A DNA stretch of 64,000 nucleotides from Barthelona sp. PCE (lineage: Eukaryota). Each line of letters opens with the position of its first letter. Positions within the stretch are counted from its first letter, which is position 1. Below the pieces are notes generated by a model that was given only the letters and a program-made list of their open reading frames with translations, was not told the origin of the DNA and searched no databases. Shown here piece after piece: positions 61,034 through 64,000 of the stretch. The position numbers and the translations under genes are program-made. Location of the stretch: NCBI GenBank assembly GCA_040285745.1, contig JAUFOR010000007.1, positions 62,001 through 126,000 on the forward strand, written 5' to 3'.

Positions 61034-61304
61034 GCTTAAAGAGATGGGAAAAAAACTATAACAACGTTTAAGCTGAATTTATCCGATAGTAAATTTCACA
61101 AACTGGCTTAATATACATGTAAGTTGAGATTTTTACCTTGAAAATACTAAAAACTCAATATACTTCATGCCCTGCAGAAATTCTTTTCAAAGCTGTATGT
61201 GACATGCATGTGGGAGAATTGTGAGTTTTGTGGGGAAATTCAAATCCACAAAATTGTCATTCAAGGTATGTAATCGTTTCCTTTTTTTTTACTTTCTTCA
61301 AAGA

Positions 61305-62594
61305 ATGCTTGAGAAATTCAAGGCGATTTTGAAGCCTTTTGGAGGGGCAGCGGTATCTTCCAGTAAGATTTTTGACAATCTGTATGGTGAGAAGAAAACG
61401 GATATTAAATCATCCATTAAACGTGGTGACTGGGTAGGTTTTGATGATCTTATCTCGCTTGAGCCTTCGACCATCATAGATGTGGTCAAAGACTCAGGAA
61501 TTCGTGGACGTGGAGGAGCAGGGTTCTCAACAGGTTTAAAATGGTCTTTTATGCCTAAAGATGATGGAAAGAAACACTTTCTTGTTGTTAATGGTGATGA
61601 AGGTGAGCCAGGTACTTCAAAAGATAGATACATTATGTTGAATGAACCGCATAAGTTAGTTGAGGGTTGTGTTTTAGCAGGTCGCGCTCTTGGAGCAACT
61701 GAAGGTGTCATTTACATCCGTGGTGAGTTCATTGATGAGATGGCTTCTGTCCAAAAAGCTATTGATGAGTGTTACGACAAGGGTTTGCTGGGGAACATTC
61801 TGAACAAAGACAACTTCACTTTTGATCTCCGCATCCATCCTGGTGCCGGAGCTTATGTGTGTGGTGAAGAAACAGCTCTTATAGAGTCCATTGAGGGCAA
61901 ACCAGGTCGTCCGCGCAACAAACCGCCGTATCCAGCTCAGGCAGGACTTTATGGGTTGCCCACAATGGTTAACAACGTTGAGACGATCTCATCAATCCCC
62001 ACAATCTTAAGAAAGGGTTCAGATTGGTTCAGCGTCAAAGGTACCGAGAATTCTAAGGGAACGAAACTTTTCACCGTTTCTGGTGACGTGCACAAACCTT
62101 GTGTTGTTGAAGAGGATATGGGTATCGCCATGACAGAGCTCTTGAGTCTTGCGGGTGGCGTCGATGGAAAGCTTCAGGCTCTTCAACCTGGAGGTTCTTC
62201 TACAGGGTTCCTGTTACCTGAGGAAGTGAACACTGCACTTTGTGATTATGATTCGTTGTCATCTTATGGTTCTGCGCTTGGAACGGGAGCAACAATCGTG
62301 CTCAATGAAAAACGCGATATGATCGACTATCTTACTCGTCTTGCTCGCTTTTATGCACATGAGAGCTGCGGTCAGTGTTTGCCTTGTCGAATGGGTATGC
62401 CCAGAATCTATGAGCTTATGAAGAAATTCAGCAGCAGAAGAGCCTCCAAAAAAGATTTAAGGGAGCTTGAAACATTGGTTAATCACATCCCGGGAAAGAC
62501 AATATGCGCATTAGGTGAGGCTGGTTGCGAGCCCATTAGATCAGTCCTCGAAAAAATGCCTCACTTATTCCATAGCATAATTGAAGTTTACTAA
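61305..62594 (+). CDS. nuoF: NADH dehydrogenase 51-kDa flavoprotein subunit (NuoF)
   Basis: SGIRGRGGAGFSTGLKW, NGDEGEPGTSKDR, GAGAYVCGEETALIESIEG, HESCGQCLPCRMG...TICALG; start at ATG 61305. Confidence 0.95.
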   Translation: MLEKFKAILKPFGGAAVSSSKIFDNLYGEKKTDIKSSIKRGDWVGFDDLISLEPSTIIDVVKDSGIRGRGGAGFSTGLKWSFMPKDDGKKHFLVVNGDEGEPGTSKDRYIMLNEPHKLVEGCVLAGRALGATEGVIYIRGEFIDEMASVQKAIDECYDKGLLGNILNKDNFTFDLRIHPGAGAYVCGEETALIESIEGKPGRPRNKPPYPAQAGLYGLPTMVNNVETISSIPTILRKGSDWFSVKGTENSKGTKLFTVSGDVHKPCVVEEDMGIAMTELLSLAGGVDGKLQALQPGGSSTGFLLPEEVNTALCDYDSLSSYGSALGTGATIVLNEKRDMIDYLTRLARFYAHESCGQCLPCRMGMPRIYELMKKFSSRRASKKDLRELETLVNHIPGKTICALGEAGCEPIRSVLEKMPHLFHSIIEVY

Positions 62595-62681
62595 CAGTTA
62601 TAGACTATCCCATCACACATCTTGTATGAAAACCTTCACATCATATTACATTGCAATAAACATTGTATGTTAAGCTGAGAA

Positions 62682-63026
62682 TTATTCAACAACCTCCTCC
62701 TGTGTCTGATTTTCTTCTTCATCTACATCTTCTTCGTTACAGTGTTGCATGTAGGGGTTCTCGATCTCTGCGAAACCTTCTGCTGGCATGAGAGTGAGGA
62801 TAGCGAGTGAACGAAGAATAGTTGTGTTAAGAGCAGTTCTAGTTTCGATTATTTCACCGTCAATGATTTCGCTCTCAATCTTGTCGGTGTCTTTAAGTAC
62901 ACAATTCTGAATAGGATCGTAAGAAACAAGTTTTCCCTCTAACATGTCTCCATTTTTGAGATTTACGACAACTTTCTGTTGCATATAGGGTTCTAGATCG
63001 ATGATATTCCTGGATATGGCTTGCAT
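62682..63026 (-). CDS. LSM7: Sm-like protein LSm7
   Basis: IIDL..Y..., G.L.SYD...N.VL (Sm1), and P.EG..EIENPY C-terminal motif. Confidence 0.8.
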   Translation of the reverse strand: MQAISRNIIDLEPYMQQKVVVNLKNGDMLEGKLVSYDPIQNCVLKDTDKIESEIIDGEIIETRTALNTTILRSLAILTLMPAEGFAEIENPYMQHCNEEDVDEEENQTQEEVVE

Positions 63027-63111
63027 TTGTTATTTAGGAAATGAAATGGGATGGAAATTTCTAAACAAAAATTTTGTGATGAAAAAGCATTTAAAAATTA
63101 AAATTAGCTAT

Positions 63112-64000
63112 TTATTCGTGCTTCTGGCAGCATGCCTTGGCCTTTTCACAACACCTAAAAGAGCAATCATCAAAGTTTAATGTTACACCTTCTTGCAGTT
63201 GAACAAACTCGGGTTGTAGAGTCGTTGAGTGAACCCCCACATCGTGAAGCATCCTCTTCGCAACAGTGGCAACGCTATTCCAATCAGCTGAATCAACAAC
63301 TGTAACATGTGCAGAGCATACTATTGTGGAACGCACAAGACTCCAAATGTGCAAATCGTGCACTCCAACAATATCAGGAATCTCCATCAACTTCTCCTTG
63401 ATCTTCTTAGAATCGATGCTAGTGGGAGTGCTCTGCAACAGGATAGCAATCGCCTTCTTCACCATTGGTGTTGCTGAGAAAACCATAAAAATCGCAATCA
63501 TAAGCGAAGCGATGGGATCGGCAAGGTGTTTGTACTTCCAGTCTGTCCAATAGATGATAGCACCAGAAATAAGCACTGCGATAGAACCCAGTAGATCACC
63601 TATGATGTGAAGCAAAGCACCCATGGCGTTCAGGTCAACGTCATCCTTGTTCTTCTCACTATTACCGTGGTCATGGTTACACTTTTCTCCGTGTCCATGA
63701 CTGTGAGAGTGTCCACCGTGACTGTGATCGCAGTCCTGATGAATTTCCCCGTGGAAGAGCTTAATTCCAATTATATTAATGAAAAGGCCAATGGTGGCCA
63801 CAGTCATGAGTGGGATACCAACCTCAGTACCGTGCTCGTCACCTCCCAATATCTTTTCAAAGCTCTCCAACGTAATGAAGAATGACAGTGTGAGCATGAC
63901 GACACCGTTGCACAGGCCACCAATGACTTCCCCTCTTTGAAATCCGTATGTGTTTGAACTGCTTCTTGGTCGAAGAGATATTTTCTTAAAACTGAGTGCA
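63112..64000 (-). CDS. CDF-family zinc transporter (ZnT1/Zrc1-like), 5' end beyond the right edge
   Basis: The frame is open to the window end (TYGFQRGEVIG...NG). His-rich loop, LN..GALLHIIGDLLGS, ADP, VHDLHIWSL, HSTTLQPEF. Confidence 0.92.
   Translation of the reverse strand, partial: ALSFKKISLRPRSSSNTYGFQRGEVIGGLCNGVVMLTLSFFITLESFEKILGGDEHGTEVGIPLMTVATIGLFINIIGIKLFHGEIHQDCDHSHGGHSHSHGHGEKCNHDHGNSEKNKDDVDLNAMGALLHIIGDLLGSIAVLISGAIIYWTDWKYKHLADPIASLMIAIFMVFSATPMVKKAIAILLQSTPTSIDSKKIKEKLMEIPDIVGVHDLHIWSLVRSTIVCSAHVTVVDSADWNSVATVAKRMLHDVGVHSTTLQPEFVQLQEGVTLNFDDCSFRCCEKAKACCQKHE

Noticed and set aside
61266-61304. GTATGT upstream of NuoF as an intron donor hiding a longer targeting peptide
   Set aside because: No CTAAY-NNN-YAG acceptor follows; the pyrimidine tract looks like the usual pre-ATG context.
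63655-63745. His-rich repeat in the zinc transporter
   Set aside because: Normal cytosolic loop of CDF transporters.
1-64000. CRISPR arrays, prokaryotic operons, alternative genetic code
   Set aside because: No spaced repeats; genes are eukaryotic with spliceosomal introns; TAA, TAG and TGA all end conserved proteins at plausible positions.

Overview
This is gene-dense, intron-poor eukaryotic nuclear DNA in the standard genetic code, with about 35 protein-coding genes and very short intergenic spacers. I found no rRNA, tRNA, CRISPR array or intact transposon. Several features point, by inference, to an anaerobic metamonad-like protist: GTATG(T/G)...CTAAY-NNN-TAG introns with fixed branch-point spacing, AGTAAA/AATAAA/TGTAAA at the stop codons, a bacterial-type class II aldolase and a NuoF gene. 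Recognisable housekeeping genes are RAD50 (partial), MOB1, Hop2, phospholipase B-like, beta-amylase, FBA, proteasome alpha7, Vti1, ROK1/DDX52, RNF10, CDKAL1, Nup54, PCNA, a P5B ATPase, TDP1, TTC4, NSF, epsilon-COP, NuoF, LSm7 and a CDF zinc transporter (partial). The most striking element is a tail-to-tail paralogous pair at 23.7-32.1 kb with the layout beta-propeller-like / coiled coil / protein kinase / HECT. Gene A has a degenerate kinase, a HECT domain with its catalytic Cys, and an extra RBR-type Rcat domain. Gene B has a more complete kinase and a HECT with Cys replaced by Ser. Gene A is bracketed by a ~125-bp direct repeat. Other highlights are long introns that fold back to a ~43-nt effective length, a coiled-coil mini-protein ending in a ribosomal P-stalk-like tail, an FG-less Nup54, and a three-member lineage-specific beta-rich family. 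All domain calls come from motif recognition by eye, not from database searches.
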